From positions 1 to 64,000 of the forward strand of contig CAVZMI010000027.1 in assembly GCA_963776275.1 (NCBI GenBank): a stretch of DNA of 64,000 nucleotides. The letters are read 5' to 3'. The translations under genes and the position numbers were made by a program. This DNA comes from Ignavibacteriota bacterium (GTDB taxonomy: Bacteria; Bacteroidota; Ignavibacteria; UBA10030; CAVZMI01). Of the stretch, positions 1-11,774 are shown piece by piece. The notes below the pieces were generated by a model. That model worked only from the letters and a program-made list of their open reading frames with translations. It was not told the DNA's origin and did not search any database. Within the stretch, counting starts at the first letter, position 1; each line of letters starts with the position of its first letter.

Positions 1-478
1 CTTGCGTCCAGAAAACATCTCCGCAATGAAAATCGTCAACCCATGCATGCCGGGTCACCGATAGTACCTCTAATTCCCCTATCCTTCCCGATTGAACGAC
101 AGATCGCAATGCTTCAATGCCCGGATGATAATGCCATTTATGCATGGCAAAGATATAGTCCGATCCGCCTGAGATATATAAAAGATCGAAATCCTCAAGA
201 GATAAACAGAGCGTTTTTTCGGCGAATATCGGTTTCTTAAATTTTAAGAGACGGACGGATTCTTTCGTCAGATCCGGGATGGGAACCGCCACCACATATC
301 CATCACAAGCAGGTAGATCATCTATCGAAGAAAAAGCTTTCATGGCTCCGTTTCCGGAAGCCCGCATTCTTGCCTTAGAATCTATATCGACGACGTAGAC
401 GGCACAATGTAGTCGGAGCAAATCCCGCAAAATATTTGTGCCCCAATTTCCACACCCGACAAGTCCGATCAGCTTCAT
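1..478 (-). CDS. Gfo/Idh/MocA-family oxidoreductase (partial, runs off window start)
   Basis: Not in the ORF track. Manual minus-strand translation from ATG at 478 gives MKLIGLVGCGNWGTNILRDL (Rossmann GxGxWG) ... KPIFAEKTL (EK motif) ... HKWHYHPGI, open to base 1. Confidence 0.75.
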   Translation of the reverse strand, partial: MKLIGLVGCGNWGTNILRDLLRLHCAVYVVDIDSKARMRASGNGAMKAFSSIDDLPACDGYVVAVPIPDLTKESVRLLKFKKPIFAEKTLCLSLEDFDLLYISGGSDYIFAMHKWHYHPGIEALRSVVQSGRIGELEVLSVTRHAWVDDFHCGDVFWTQ

Positions 479-618
479 TTTTTAAAATACCATTGCAAAG
501 TCTTAAATGCAATAGGCAATTTTACGGTTCAATTCCAATGTGACTTTGCGCACCGACACATATCGATAATTTTATTTCTTTTTAATCATACTCTCTGTTG
601 TGAGGTGCATTACATTAT

Positions 619-1184
619 ATGACTGGGGGGAATTCATCTATGAATATCACTATGTCAGCATTCATTGCATCCTGGCTAGCCGCCTTCTGCATGACTTCAG
701 CACAATCCATTCCCGTCAATTTTACTATCAACACATCGAAAGACACTCTCAGGATCTCACCCTATATTTACGGGACAAACGGTCAGTCGGATGACAACGA
801 TCTGAATATCACCGCACGGCGTCTTGGGGGAAACAGGCTTACAGGTTACAACTGGGAGAACAACTTGTTGCCTCATCCACCACGACGGATTCATTCGACC
901 GTAGTATTTTACCAGCAAAATTTATTCTCGAACAGAATTTCCCCAATCCATTTAATCCTGCCACGACAATCAGATATTCGACCTCAGGCATCACACCGAG
1001 TCATGTTTCCCTGCAGGTCTTTGACATCATGGGAAGACTTGTCGAAACATTGATAAGCAAACAAGAAAATCCTAGCTTTCACACAATAACGTGGAACGCT
1101 TCAGGTTTGGCAAGCGGCGTGTATTACTACCGGCTGAGTTCAGGTGCTTCGGTGCAGACGCGGGCGATGGTGCTGATGAGATGA
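619..1184 (+). pseudogene. Internally deleted secreted glycoside hydrolase: GH44-like N-terminus joined out of frame to a T9SS-type C-terminal sorting domain
   Basis: Signal peptide + ISPYIYGTN + ARRLGGNRLTGYNWENN (to ~864). In another frame follows LEQNFPNPFNPATTIRY...WNASGLASGVYYYRL...MVLMR* (stop 1182-1184). The catalytic body is missing. Confidence 0.7.
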
Positions 1185-1357
1185 TTGGAAAACCTGACAT
1201 ATTAATTGCAAAAAATATCTCTAAATACAATGTTTGGATCTTATTGTAAGTGTAGGATATCAAGATGTAAATGAACTGTAATCAGAATATTTCATAAGAA
1301 ATAAATTCTTCAAGTCTCTTCTTTATCCATCTCGGCGCGAATCGTTAATTGTATCTT

Positions 1358-3784
1358 TTATTCATATCTCAATGACTCTACCGGATTTGCCAATGCCGCC
1401 TCTATTGCCTGATAGCTTACGGTCGCCAGCGCTATGACAACCGCGGTCAAGCCGGAAAGGACGAATACCCAAATGCTGATTTCAATTCGATAAGCAAAAC
1501 TCTGCAGCCATGAATGCATGAAATAGTATGCAACCGGCCAGGCAAATAGGTTTGCAAGCAATACCCATTGAGTGAAATCTTTTATAAGCATCACAAGAAT
1601 ATTCCGTAATGAAGCGCCGACTACTTTTCGAATTCCGATCTCTTTTGTGCGTTGTAAATTTGTATAAGAAGCTAACCCGAATAATCCCAAGCAACTTATT
1701 GCAATTGCTAAAAACGTGAACAGGCCAAACACCCTCCCAAACTGTTGATCAGCTTTATATTGCGAGTTGAATACTTCATCCAGGAAATTATATTCGAAAG
1801 GTTGATTGGGGAAGATTTCGTTCCACTTATTCTTAATTTGTGAAATAGTCTGTTGAATATTTTGCATGTCCATTTTAAGCGAAAAATATCTGGTAAGGTT
1901 TCTATCACTCGCATTGATTGGATTAAAGACGACTGGCAGCAAAATGCTCTTAAGCGATTCCTGGTGATAATTTTTTGTTACTCCTACTATTTTAATATTA
2001 TATCCTCCAAATCCGTCAAACACCAGTTTATTATTGACTGCGTCTTCCGCGTTTTTAAAACCATATACTTTCACAGCTTCTTCATTTATGATAATTTCCC
2101 CGTTTAACCTGGATTCCCTCGTAAAATATCTACCAGAGAGCAAAGGCACTTCAAATAGTCTGAAATAGTTTTCATCCACATCAACATAAAATCCTTGCGT
2201 ACCGTCCTGCGGGTTGCTGCCAAATTTTCTGACACCGCTTGAAAAATTTGAATAATCTTTCCCGGGAATTGAAGCTGAAGCAGAAACACCCTTAATGCTT
2301 GGAATTGTTAGTAGAGCATCCTTGAAACTCGTAACCGATGAAAAGGAACTCTCCTTTCCTATGGGCGCTTTTAGAATTAATGTCTGATCTATGTTAATAC
2401 CCAGGTCTTGACTGCGCATAAAAGAAAGTTGTTGATAAACAATTAGAGTAGCAGCGATGAGCATAATCGAAATAGTAAATTGAAAAATCACAAGTCCTCT
2501 GCGTAAATCAATTCCTTTCGCAGTACGGTTCATCTTCTTCATTAATACAGTAATGGGCTTGAAAGAAGATAGTACAAAGGCGGGGTACATTCCGGACAAC
2601 AATACTCCCGCTGTTAAAATAGTTATGAGCAATAACAAATTATCTTTCAACAAATCTATTGATAATGGCAATCCTGTCATTAGGTTAAAATATGGCAGTG
2701 CAATTAAATCGATAACAATTGCCAATACCAATGCGAGAATATTCATCATCAGCGATTCCGCCATAAATTGTTTTATGAGTTGAAAACGGTTCGACCCCAA
2801 TACTTTCCTGACACCAACTTCTTTTGCACGCATTAACGAACGGCTCGTTGAAAGATTGATATAATTGACCCATGCAAGGATTAGTACAAACATTGCAATG
2901 ATAGATAAAAACTTGACTGTTTCCGAACTGCCATTCACTTCTGGTTCAAATCGTAAATGTGAATATAAATGGATGTCCTTTATTGGCTGTAAAAGGTATT
3001 CACGCTTGTATCCACTATCGTAATTTTTATATTTCTCGACCATAGCCGGAAATTTTGCTTCAAGCGCTTTTGGATCGGTATTAGGTGCCAAAAGGATATA
3101 GGTATTAAAAGCATTCCAACCCCAATAAAATTCAGCTTCTCTATTTTGGGTAATAAGTGTCTCGTATGAAAGAAGCATGTTGAATTTTATATGTGAATTT
3201 TGTGGGACATCCTTAAACACGCCTGTTATTTTGTAATTGTGATTTCCGTATTCATTGACCAGTGTAATCTCTTGATTAACAGGGTTTTCATTCCCGAAAT
3301 ATTTTTGTGAAACGGATTCCGAAATTATTACGCTATATGGTTCCTCAAGCGCCGACAATGCAGAGCCTTTTAACAAAGGGAATGAAAAGATTTTTAGAAA
3401 TGAAGTTTCAGTATAATATACTTTTTCCACATTGGCGGATATGTTTTTGTTAGTGCAAATAAAAGTCACATCCCCCACTCCCCCCCCAATCCACAATCTT
3501 GCAGATTCCAGAACTTCAGGAAATTCTTTTTTTAGTGTTGGAGCCAGTGCAGGCGGGCAACCGGCACTTTTGTCGTGCCTATCGGAATAAATACGGTCGT
3601 TCCTTATGCGATAAATTCTGTCGGCATTCATGTTGAAACTATCGTAACTGAGTTCAAATGTTACATACTGAATGATTAGGAAAAAGACTGATAATCCAAG
3701 CGCAAGTCCGGTTATGTTAATAACCGTATTACCTTTATTACGGCGAAAGTTTCGAAATGCAACCTTTAAATAATTTCTCAACAT
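1358..3784 (-). CDS. ABC transporter permease (MacB/FtsX-like, Bacteroidota type)
   Basis: 808 aa. MLRNYLKVAFRN start, two R(A/T)KE(V/I)G(V/I)RKV motifs, ends ANPVESLRYE. Confidence 0.93.
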   Translation of the reverse strand: MLRNYLKVAFRNFRRNKGNTVINITGLALGLSVFFLIIQYVTFELSYDSFNMNADRIYRIRNDRIYSDRHDKSAGCPPALAPTLKKEFPEVLESARLWIGGGVGDVTFICTNKNISANVEKVYYTETSFLKIFSFPLLKGSALSALEEPYSVIISESVSQKYFGNENPVNQEITLVNEYGNHNYKITGVFKDVPQNSHIKFNMLLSYETLITQNREAEFYWGWNAFNTYILLAPNTDPKALEAKFPAMVEKYKNYDSGYKREYLLQPIKDIHLYSHLRFEPEVNGSSETVKFLSIIAMFVLILAWVNYINLSTSRSLMRAKEVGVRKVLGSNRFQLIKQFMAESLMMNILALVLAIVIDLIALPYFNLMTGLPLSIDLLKDNLLLLITILTAGVLLSGMYPAFVLSSFKPITVLMKKMNRTAKGIDLRRGLVIFQFTISIMLIAATLIVYQQLSFMRSQDLGINIDQTLILKAPIGKESSFSSVTSFKDALLTIPSIKGVSASASIPGKDYSNFSSGVRKFGSNPQDGTQGFYVDVDENYFRLFEVPLLSGRYFTRESRLNGEIIINEEAVKVYGFKNAEDAVNNKLVFDGFGGYNIKIVGVTKNYHQESLKSILLPVVFNPINASDRNLTRYFSLKMDMQNIQQTISQIKNKWNEIFPNQPFEYNFLDEVFNSQYKADQQFGRVFGLFTFLAIAISCLGLFGLASYTNLQRTKEIGIRKVVGASLRNILVMLIKDFTQWVLLANLFAWPVAYYFMHSWLQSFAYRIEISIWVFVLSGLTAVVIALATVSYQAIEAALANPVESLRYE

Positions 3785-3796
3785 ATCTTTTCCTCC

Positions 3797-6180
3797 TTAT
3801 TCATATCTCAAAGACTCGACTGGATTTGCTATTGCTGCCTTCACAGCTTGAAAGCTTACTGTCATCAATGCAATTATCAACGCTATTCCACCTGAAAGAA
3901 TAAATATCCACAAGCTTATATCAATTCTATATGCAAAATCTTGCAGCCATTTATTCATAAAATAATATGCAACTGGCCAGGCAATGACATTTGACGCAAC
4001 AACCAGAATTAAAAAATTCTCTTGAAAGAATTAATGCGACATTCGAAATCGAAGCGCCCAACACTTTACGAATACCTATTTCTTTGGTCCTTTGTTCGGC
4101 AGAAATGGAGACGAGACCAAACAAACCGAGACACGCAATTAATATTGAAAGGAAAGAAAAATATTTGAAGATCGTCCCCATCCGTATTTCGGAAAAATAT
4201 TGTTTGTTCAACGAATCGTCATAGAAATAATAATTAAAAGGACTGTCTGCCATTTGTTCATGCCATGTCTTTTCGAGAGATGATATAAGATTACTCGGCA
4301 TCCGGGATTTGAACCGGATGGAAATAATGCTGAAACGAGCCGGCTTGCTGGTTATTATCGGGTATTGTAAAAATCAAAGGTTCAATTGCGGTATGAAACG
4401 AAGCAAAATGAAAATCTTTTGTTACGCCGATAATCTTGCCCCTCTTGCCCCATAGCCGTATTTCATTCTCAAGAGGCGATTTCAAGCCAATTGCTTTTGC
4501 AGCTGCTTCATTAATCACGAATGCACCTATTTTGTCTGTGGGATATTGATCAGAGAAATATCTTCCCTGGCTCATTTCGAATTTGTATGTGGCGGCTAAA
4601 CTATAATCCGAGTGAAGCACAAAAAAATGCTTTTCTTCATTTTCCGGTTTTCCGTTCCAGCTGACACCTATTGTTCTGGTTATCTCACTGCTTACCGGTT
4701 CCGAACGTGATATGCTTACGATTTCCGGATTTTTCAGGAATTCATTTTTCAATACATCATACTTACTGTTTGCTTCACCCGTCATTCTAATACAGAGCAA
4801 GTTCTCTTTATCAAAACCAAGGTTGCTGTTCCTGATGAAAGACAGCTGGCTAAAAACTACAATAGTGCATACGATTATCACGATGGTTATAACAAATTGA
4901 AAAACAACCAGTCCTTTCCTTGTGAACAGGTTGCCGGAACTCAGCTTCAATTTTCCTTTTAATATTTGAACCGGTGAAAAAGAAGAAAGGAATAATGCAG
5001 GATAACATCCGGAGATTAAACCTGTGACAATTATTACCAGGAGTGAAAGGCCAAGAAAAGACGGTTCGAAAAATCTGACTACTAAATTCTTTCCCGACAA
5101 GAGATTGAATTCCTGCAAGAAAAGTTCAACGAACAGGATAGCTAATATATAGGCAATAAAGGAAAGAATTATGCTTTCTCCAAAGAACTGAAGTATCAGT
5201 GTATTTCTGTTGGCCCCGACTGTTTTTTTAATTCCAACTTCCTTAGTCCGTTTTAGTGAAAGAGCGGTGGACAAATTCATATAGTTGATGCTCGCTATCA
5301 AAAGAATAATGAACGCAATAACTACAAATATCCTGACATACTTAATATCGCCGGTAGTTTCCATGAATTTAATATTGCTGCCGTAGAGATGAATTCTTGG
5401 AAGAGGAATGAGTGAATAGCGTAAATCTTGCGTGTTTTGGTTTGGGAAATTTTTTACCTCGCACTGCTTAATTTTTGATGATACGTCCTGTAGATTACTG
5501 TTGTCTTTTAATTGAATGTATGTTTGGAAAGATTGATCATACCAAGAGTCAAAATTCATTCCTGCGGATCTAAACCAGCTTGCCGGCAATATGATCTGTC
5601 TTTGTATATGAGATTGCAGCGGAATGTTCTTCAAAATTCCGCTGACGTTCATTACGGTTTTACCACCGAATCCCGAGACGTCAAGCGGTTTACCCATCGC
5701 GCCTTCATTCCCGAAATATTTTTTTGCCATTTCTTCGGTGATGATAATTGAGTTTGGGGCGGACAATGCCGTTGCCGGATTGCCTTCCTTATATTTGAAT
5801 GGAAACATTTCGAAGAAATTTGAATCCGCCAGGATGACGCTTTCTTCAAATCCCTTAGTACCATTTCGGATTAGGAGTTTGAAACTCTCAGGGAGCTGCA
5901 TAAAGTATGTTGAATTTTTTATTTCCGGCAGATCCTGTTTCAATGCAGGTGCAAGCATTTTGGATGTTACTGCCGTAGGTCCTGCTTTATCGCCCCGGAG
6001 CACCAAATAGGTATTGTCCGCATCCGTAAAGAATTTGTCGTAGCTTAATTCATCCTGCACCCATAAAAGTATCAGAATGGTGCACGCCATTCCGACAGCC
6101 AATCCGAAAATGTTGATGAAAGAGAACACCTTGTGACGGATGAAATTTCTCAGCGCGATTTTTAAATAGTTTTTAAACAT
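3797..6180 (-). pseudogene. Second ABC transporter permease, split by two frameshifts (~4330 and ~4010); real lesions or sequencing errors
   Basis: ORF 4291..6180 (MFKNYLKIALRN...) continues in ORF 3951..4301 (EQRTKEIGIRKVLGAS). A third frame ends AAIANPVESLRYE* at 3797. Confidence 0.85.
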
Positions 6181-6188
6181 GATTCCTC

Positions 6189-6878
6189 CTACACATGAAA
6201 TTTCCCTTTCATGTTCTCGGTCACGATGTGTCCGTCGAATAAATGCACGATCCTGTTCCCATATTCGGCGTAAGCCGGCGAATGGGTCACCATGATAATT
6301 GTCGTGCTGTTTTCGTTCAACTTCGAAAGCATTTCCATAACCTCTTCACCGTTCGCCGAATCGAGGTTCCCGGTTGGCTCATCGGCCAGGATGAGTTTAG
6401 GATCACCCACGAGTGCACGGGCTACCGCCACGCGTTGCTGTTGGCCACCCGAAAGCTGCTGCGGAAAATGACCTTTTCTGTGCATGATCTGCATTTTTTC
6501 CATCGCCTCACAGACTCGCTTTTTCCGGTCGGATGGCGATGCCTTTTGGTAAAGGAGCGGAAGCTCGATGTTTTCGAAGACCGTCAATTCGTCAATGAGA
6601 TTAAAGCTCTGGAACACAAAGCCAATGTTGTGCTTCCGTATATGAGCTCTCTGCCTCTCGGAATATCCGGATACCTCCTCGTCGAAAAAACGATATTCTC
6701 CCTCTGTCGGACTGTCGAGCATGCCGATCAGGTTAAGCAATGTGGATTTGCCGCAGCCCGATGGGCCCATGATGGAAACGAACTCACCCTTTTTCACTTC
6801 GAAATTCACGTTGTTCAGGGCGGTGGTTTCCACTTCCTCCGTCGTATAGATTTTTTTAAGATTTTTGGTTTTTATCAT
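6189..6878 (-). CDS. ABC transporter ATP-binding protein (LolD/MacB-like)
   Basis: Walker [10 protein letters not shown], signature LSGGQQQR, Walker [14 protein letters not shown]-loop VTH. Confidence 0.95.
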   Translation of the reverse strand: MIKTKNLKKIYTTEEVETTALNNVNFEVKKGEFVSIMGPSGCGKSTLLNLIGMLDSPTEGEYRFFDEEVSGYSERQRAHIRKHNIGFVFQSFNLIDELTVFENIELPLLYQKASPSDRKKRVCEAMEKMQIMHRKGHFPQQLSGGQQQRVAVARALVGDPKLILADEPTGNLDSANGEEVMEMLSKLNENSTTIIMVTHSPAYAEYGNRIVHLFDGHIVTENMKGKFHV

Positions 6879-6902
6879 TGTTAGTATTCCTTAAGTTTGT
6901 AC

Positions 6903-8180
6903 TTATTTGAGAATCAATTTTTCCGTTTCACCGTAATTCTCATACGATGAAGTAATGACCTTCTCACCCGCTTCCAGTCCTTCCAGCAACTCATAGTATT
7001 GAGGATTTTGCCTGCCGATTTTTATTGTCCGTTTCACTGCAGTGCTGCCCGATTTATCAAGGACGAAAATCCATTGTCCCCCCGTTGTCTGGTAAAATCC
7101 ACCTGCCTCCACCAGCAACGCATCACTCATTCCGCCTAATTCTAATTTGATATGCAGCGTTTGTCCTCTCCGTATACCCTTCGGCGCATCATCGATAAAA
7201 TGCATATCCGCCTGAAATTTACCATCGGTAACCTGGACGAACACTCTGGTAATCTTCAGCTTGTATGTCCGATCATCAAAAGTACATTCACCGGTCTGGC
7301 CTTCCCGTACACGCGCGATATAATGCTCGTCGATATCGATCCGGACTTTGTATGCTTCCGTATTATCTATCTGTCCGATATTTTGTCCGGGTACAATCGA
7401 TTTTCCGATTTCTGCATTCAACGCCGTCAGCTGACCATTAATGGGTGCCCGGACCATTAAATTTGAAAACTGATCTTCGATCAATTTCATATTCTTCTGG
7501 AACTGTTTTACCGTAATTTCTAATTGCTTTATCTGTTCTTCCCGCGATAGCGAGTCCAATGTATATGATCGCAGAGAAAGATCACGACTTTGAACAAGAC
7601 ATTCATATTGATCGCGGCTGTTCTCAAATTCATTTTTAGGAATCAGATCCTTCTCAAAGAGCTTCTTATTCATCTCATAGATACGCCTCTGATTTAGAAT
7701 CTGAACATTCAGATTCAGGATTTGGGTCTGAAGGTTCAGCCTGTTCTGTTCCAATGCTAACTTGAAAGTCCTGAGATTATTTTCCTGCTGGACAACCTGG
7801 GATTGGTTGTAAATCGTCTGCAGCGTGAGATTAATATTTTCAAGTTTTATGATACGGTCCCCCGCTTTAAGAACTGCGCCTTCTTCGACATATTTCTGAA
7901 TTACCCTTCCCCCTTCGACAACATCAAGGAAAAAGGTTTCTATAGGAATGACCACACCTGTCACGGGGATATAATCATGAAAAGTCCCACGGGCGACAGT
8001 CGATATGGTTATTTTTTCTTTTTCTACATTGAGTCTTCTACTATGATCACCGAATAATATATTGATAAGAAAAAAAATAACGAGAGCCGAGGGGATTCCG
8101 ATTATCGCGATGCGTCTCAAGGTCCATTTTTTCTTTTGAAGAGGCCGATCCATCGTATTCATATTCATATTCATTTTCAT
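6903..8180 (-). CDS. Efflux periplasmic adaptor (HlyD/MacA family)
   Basis: MDRPLQKKKW + one TM helix, lipoyl-like EGGRV...VEEG, coiled coil, VRAPINGQL. Start moved from the track's 8261 to downstream of the sigma-54 promoter (ATG at 8180 after AAGGAAA, or a later ATG). Confidence 0.88.
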   Translation of the reverse strand: MKMNMNMNTMDRPLQKKKWTLRRIAIIGIPSALVIFFLINILFGDHSRRLNVEKEKITISTVARGTFHDYIPVTGVVIPIETFFLDVVEGGRVIQKYVEEGAVLKAGDRIIKLENINLTLQTIYNQSQVVQQENNLRTFKLALEQNRLNLQTQILNLNVQILNQRRIYEMNKKLFEKDLIPKNEFENSRDQYECLVQSRDLSLRSYTLDSLSREEQIKQLEITVKQFQKNMKLIEDQFSNLMVRAPINGQLTALNAEIGKSIVPGQNIGQIDNTEAYKVRIDIDEHYIARVREGQTGECTFDDRTYKLKITRVFVQVTDGKFQADMHFIDDAPKGIRRGQTLHIKLELGGMSDALLVEAGGFYQTTGGQWIFVLDKSGSTAVKRTIKIGRQNPQYYELLEGLEAGEKVITSSYENYGETEKLILK

Positions 8181-8213
8181 TTTCCTTTTGCAGCAGGCAC
8201 ACCATCTCTTTAA

Positions 8214-8228
8214 GCAACGATTGTGCCA
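8214..8228 (-). promoter_or_regulatory. Sigma-54 (-24/-12) promoter of the exporter operon
   Basis: Minus strand reads TGGCAC-AATCG-TTGC, a perfect consensus, next to a divergent sigma-54 activator gene. Confidence 0.85.
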
Positions 8229-8270
8229 GAGTGATTTCAACGCAATATTCGGTTTTTCCACTATTGACTC

Positions 8271-8307
8271 TATCCGGTTTCGTTACACCGGTGTACGGAA
8301 ACGGACA
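8271..8307. promoter_or_regulatory. Putative upstream activator site for the NtrC-type regulator
   Basis: Imperfect palindrome TATCCGGTTTCGTTACACCGGTGTACGGAAACGGACA located upstream of the -24 box. Confidence 0.5.
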
Positions 8308-8425
8308 GTTTTTGTTGACAATAGCATCATTATTAATGATATTTCAGATGGTATCATTTTTGTGGTTTGTATCCCTGGATATAAATAAAAATCGAAGAAT
8401 CCTCAATTTCTGACAGAAGATTGTA

Positions 8426-9802
8426 ATGAAGCAACCTCTTGGAACCGTCCTCGTTGTGGATGACAATGAAGACGTTCTTACAGCCGCAAAATTGCTTCTG
8501 AAACAGGTCCCGTATTTTGTGCTGACCGAAAAAAATCCGGCAGCTCTTCCGGGAATACTGAAGAACGAGACTATCGATGTCATATTACTCGATATGAACT
8601 TCACGCGCGATGTCACAAGCGGCGTCGAAGGATTTCACTGGCTGCAAAAGATCCTTGAAATTGACCCCTCCTCAATCGTTATCCTCATCACATCGTACGG
8701 CGATATTGAAACGGCGGTCCGGGCAGTAAAAGCAGGTGCGATTGATTTCGTACTAAAACCCTGGCAGAACGAAAAACTGCTGGTCACACTTTCATCCGCT
8801 ATGCAGCTCCGGGGCTCGAGATCCAGAGTCAGGCAACTAGAGGTACGCCAGCGGCATCTGAGCGAAGCCATGGATCAACCTTTTCATGATATGATCGGCA
8901 CGAGTCCGGCCATGCAAATGATTTTTCAAACAATCGAAAAGGTGGCCGGAACTGACGCCAACATTCTGATCCTGGGAGAAAACGGCACCGGCAAGGAACT
9001 TGTCGCGCGTGCCATCCATCGCCGGTCAAAAAGAGTCGAGGGTGTGTTCATCGGTGTCGACATCGGTGCGGTTCCGGAAGCCCTGTTCGAGAGCGAACTC
9101 TTCGGCCATGTTAAGGGAGCTTTTACCGACGCACAGGCCGATCGGGCGGGGAAATTCGAGGCGGCTTCCGGCGGTACGCTTTTTCTGGACGAGATCGGAA
9201 ATTTGCCTCTCCCGCTGCAGGCAAAGATGCTCCGTGTTCTGGAAACCCGGCAGGTCACCCGTGTGGGATCCAACAAACCGATTCCCTTCGATATCCGTCT
9301 TATCTGCGCTACAAACAAACAGGTTCATGAAGGGATTATCCACGACATATTCCGGCAGGATTTTCTCTACCGGATCAACACGGTTGAAATCCATCTTCCG
9401 CCGCTCCGCGAGCGCCGTGGAGATATCCCGCTTCTGGCCGACTTTTTTATCGGCCTGTATTCCCGGAAATATGACAAACCGATTCAGTGTGTGGATAAGC
9501 AAGCCTATCGCCAATTCGAACAGTATCCATGGCCCGGCAATGTGCGGGAATTACGGCATACGATAGAACGCGCTGTGATTTTACACGAAGGTCAGTCATA
9601 TCTGCCTTCGGATTTTGCACTCGCATATCCTGTAAGCAATTCCGACCAGATTGTACTTGATGGTCTCAATCTCGAAGAGGCAGAAAAAATCCTTCTACGA
9701 AAGGCTTTAACAACACATCAAGGGAACGTCACTCAGGCAGCTGAGGCACTGGGACTATCACGAACATCGCTCTACCGCAGGATGGAAAAGTATGGTTTAT
9801 AA
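8426..9802 (+). CDS. Sigma-54-dependent two-component response regulator (NtrC family)
   Basis: REC domain (VVDD, LLDMNF, KPW), AAA+ GENGTGKE, GAFTDA, LFLDEIGN, WPGNVREL, Fis-type HTH. Confidence 0.95.
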   Translation: MKQPLGTVLVVDDNEDVLTAAKLLLKQVPYFVLTEKNPAALPGILKNETIDVILLDMNFTRDVTSGVEGFHWLQKILEIDPSSIVILITSYGDIETAVRAVKAGAIDFVLKPWQNEKLLVTLSSAMQLRGSRSRVRQLEVRQRHLSEAMDQPFHDMIGTSPAMQMIFQTIEKVAGTDANILILGENGTGKELVARAIHRRSKRVEGVFIGVDIGAVPEALFESELFGHVKGAFTDAQADRAGKFEAASGGTLFLDEIGNLPLPLQAKMLRVLETRQVTRVGSNKPIPFDIRLICATNKQVHEGIIHDIFRQDFLYRINTVEIHLPPLRERRGDIPLLADFFIGLYSRKYDKPIQCVDKQAYRQFEQYPWPGNVRELRHTIERAVILHEGQSYLPSDFALAYPVSNSDQIVLDGLNLEEAEKILLRKALTTHQGNVTQAAEALGLSRTSLYRRMEKYGL

Positions 9803-11151
9803 CCGCCTTCGTTTACATTATGCAATCCGAATGCTCCTTATTCTGATAACAGTGGGATATCTGGTATACCTGATTCCTCTCTCCGGCATTTCAATCCTTA
9901 CCGTCTTGATTTTGTGTCTTCTGATCTTTCAAATTTTTCAATTGTTGCATATTATTGAGCGGCCGCAGCGAGACATGGTCCGTTTTTTCCAGTCAATTGA
10001 GTACTCCGATTTTTCACAATCGTTTTCTTCATCATCCAGGGAGAAATCCCTTCAACCCCTGAGAACCGCATTTGACCGTGTGATTGAGGCATTTCAAAAG
10101 ACCAGATCCGAGAAGGAAGCTCATTTTCGTTATCTCCAGACGATCGTTCAGCATATTGGTGTAGGAATCATCGTGTTTAAAGAAGACGGGAAAATCGACC
10201 TCATCAATCCATTGGCGAAAAAGATCCTGGGCATGCCGCAGTTAAAACATATCGACCAATTACGTCTGCTCGAACGGAACCTGCCGACTAGCGTACGTCA
10301 ACTTGAATCGGGTGAAAGAACTCAGATCCAGATTCAGAGAATCCGAATCCGGAGATACTGCGACGTTGTCTCTTTATGCAACCCGTTTTATTCTTCAGAA
10401 TGAACCACTCACATTGATCTCTGTTCAGAACATCCAGAGCGAACTGGATGAAAAAGAATTGGAGGCGTGGCAGAATCTGATCCGTGTATTGACTCATGAG
10501 ATCATGAATTCGATTACTCCGATTGCTTCACTGGCATCTACTGCAAATCGTCTTTTAGGAAACGCTTCTACAGATTTGGAAAAATATCCTGAGATACGGG
10601 AATCATTCCGGGATGTATCGCAGGCAATTACAACAATTGAATCCCGAAGTCAGGGGCTTTTGAAGTTCGTAGAATCTTACCGAAAACTCACTCGCATTCC
10701 TAAACCGGAATTCGAGATCGTCCCCATCCGGGAGCTGTTCAACCGTGTAGTACCTCTTATGCAAGCCAAATTTGATGAGAGAGGTATTCGGTTTACACAG
10801 TCCATCGAACCGGAAACGCTGGAAATTACCGCGGATCTCAATCTGGTCGAACAGGTGCTTATCAATCTGCTGCAGAATGCTCTGGATTGGGCCGGTACAA
10901 AACCGAACGGAGAAGCCATACTCAGTGCGGGTATGGGAAATGCGGGTCGTCCGATAGTCCAGATCATCGACAATGGTCCCGGCATACAGAAGGAAGCTTT
11001 GGAAAAAATATTCATTCCGTTTTTTACAACGAAACCGGACGGCTCGGGCATCGGACTCAGTCTTTCACGCCAGATCATGCAGCTGCATCATGGATCTATC
11101 TCGGTAACTTCAGAACCGGGTCGGAATACAGTATTTACTTTGAAGTTCTGA
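9792..11151 (+). pseudogene. Sensor histidine kinase, one frameshift near 10330 (possibly a sequencing error)
   Basis: ORF 9792..10403 has 2 TM + a PAS-like region. ORF 10303..11151 has the H-box LTHEIMNS, N-box NLLQNA, DNGPGI and GSGIGLSL. Confidence 0.85.
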
Positions 11152-11163
11152 TTCAGTTACCCA

Positions 11164-11340
11164 CGGTCGCCAGACTTCGACGAACGAAGTCAAGCTAATG
11201 ATCCTCTCGCTCAGAGGTCATCTCGATATGGCTGCTTAGAAAAAATCTTTTTAACTCAATGACCCGGCAATTCACGAGCCAGATTCCCGAGCTCGTAGCA
11301 AGCAGGTTAGGGGCAAGTATCGAAGGAATCAACGTCAAAA
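11164..11340 (+). repeat. ~170-bp structured direct repeat, copy 1
   Basis: Aligns by eye to 14694..14855 with a 15-bp indel. Contains hairpins GACTTCG..CGAAGTC and ATGATCCTCT..AGAGGTCAT. Confidence 0.85.
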
Positions 11341-11513
11341 TTGACCGATCAAAATCTTTGCCCCCCACATTCTTTTTTTCCTTTTTCCTTTTTAATTTTT
11401 TCTTAGATATAGCCATTTCCACTAAGATCAACGACCTTTACCTCTTCCTTGCTTTCTATAAAGAATATTTATACCTTTCTCGCAGAAAACCTGCCACACC
11501 CGACAGAGAAATC

Positions 11514-11774
11514 ATGCCGCCAAAACGTATCAAAAGTGCCGCACAATCCCGACGAAAACCATTCGAGAAAATTGCATTATGTTTCTCAGGCGGCGGGTAC
11601 AGAGCCGCAGCTTTTCACATCGAGACTCTTACGTATCTGAAGAAAATCAACATGTTCGAAGATGTCACTCTCTTTTTCACTGTCTCTGGAGAAACACTGG
11701 CGGGATCTGCCATACGCTGCTGGAATTTATCATCCGCAGATACGGGAAAAAAGAATCGAGGTATCCGACCGTGA
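11514..11774 (+). pseudogene. Patatin-like phospholipase N-terminal remnant
   Basis: KIALCFSGGGYRAAAFH...TVSG (oxyanion GGGxRA motif, degenerate nucleophile elbow), then truncation. Confidence 0.6.
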
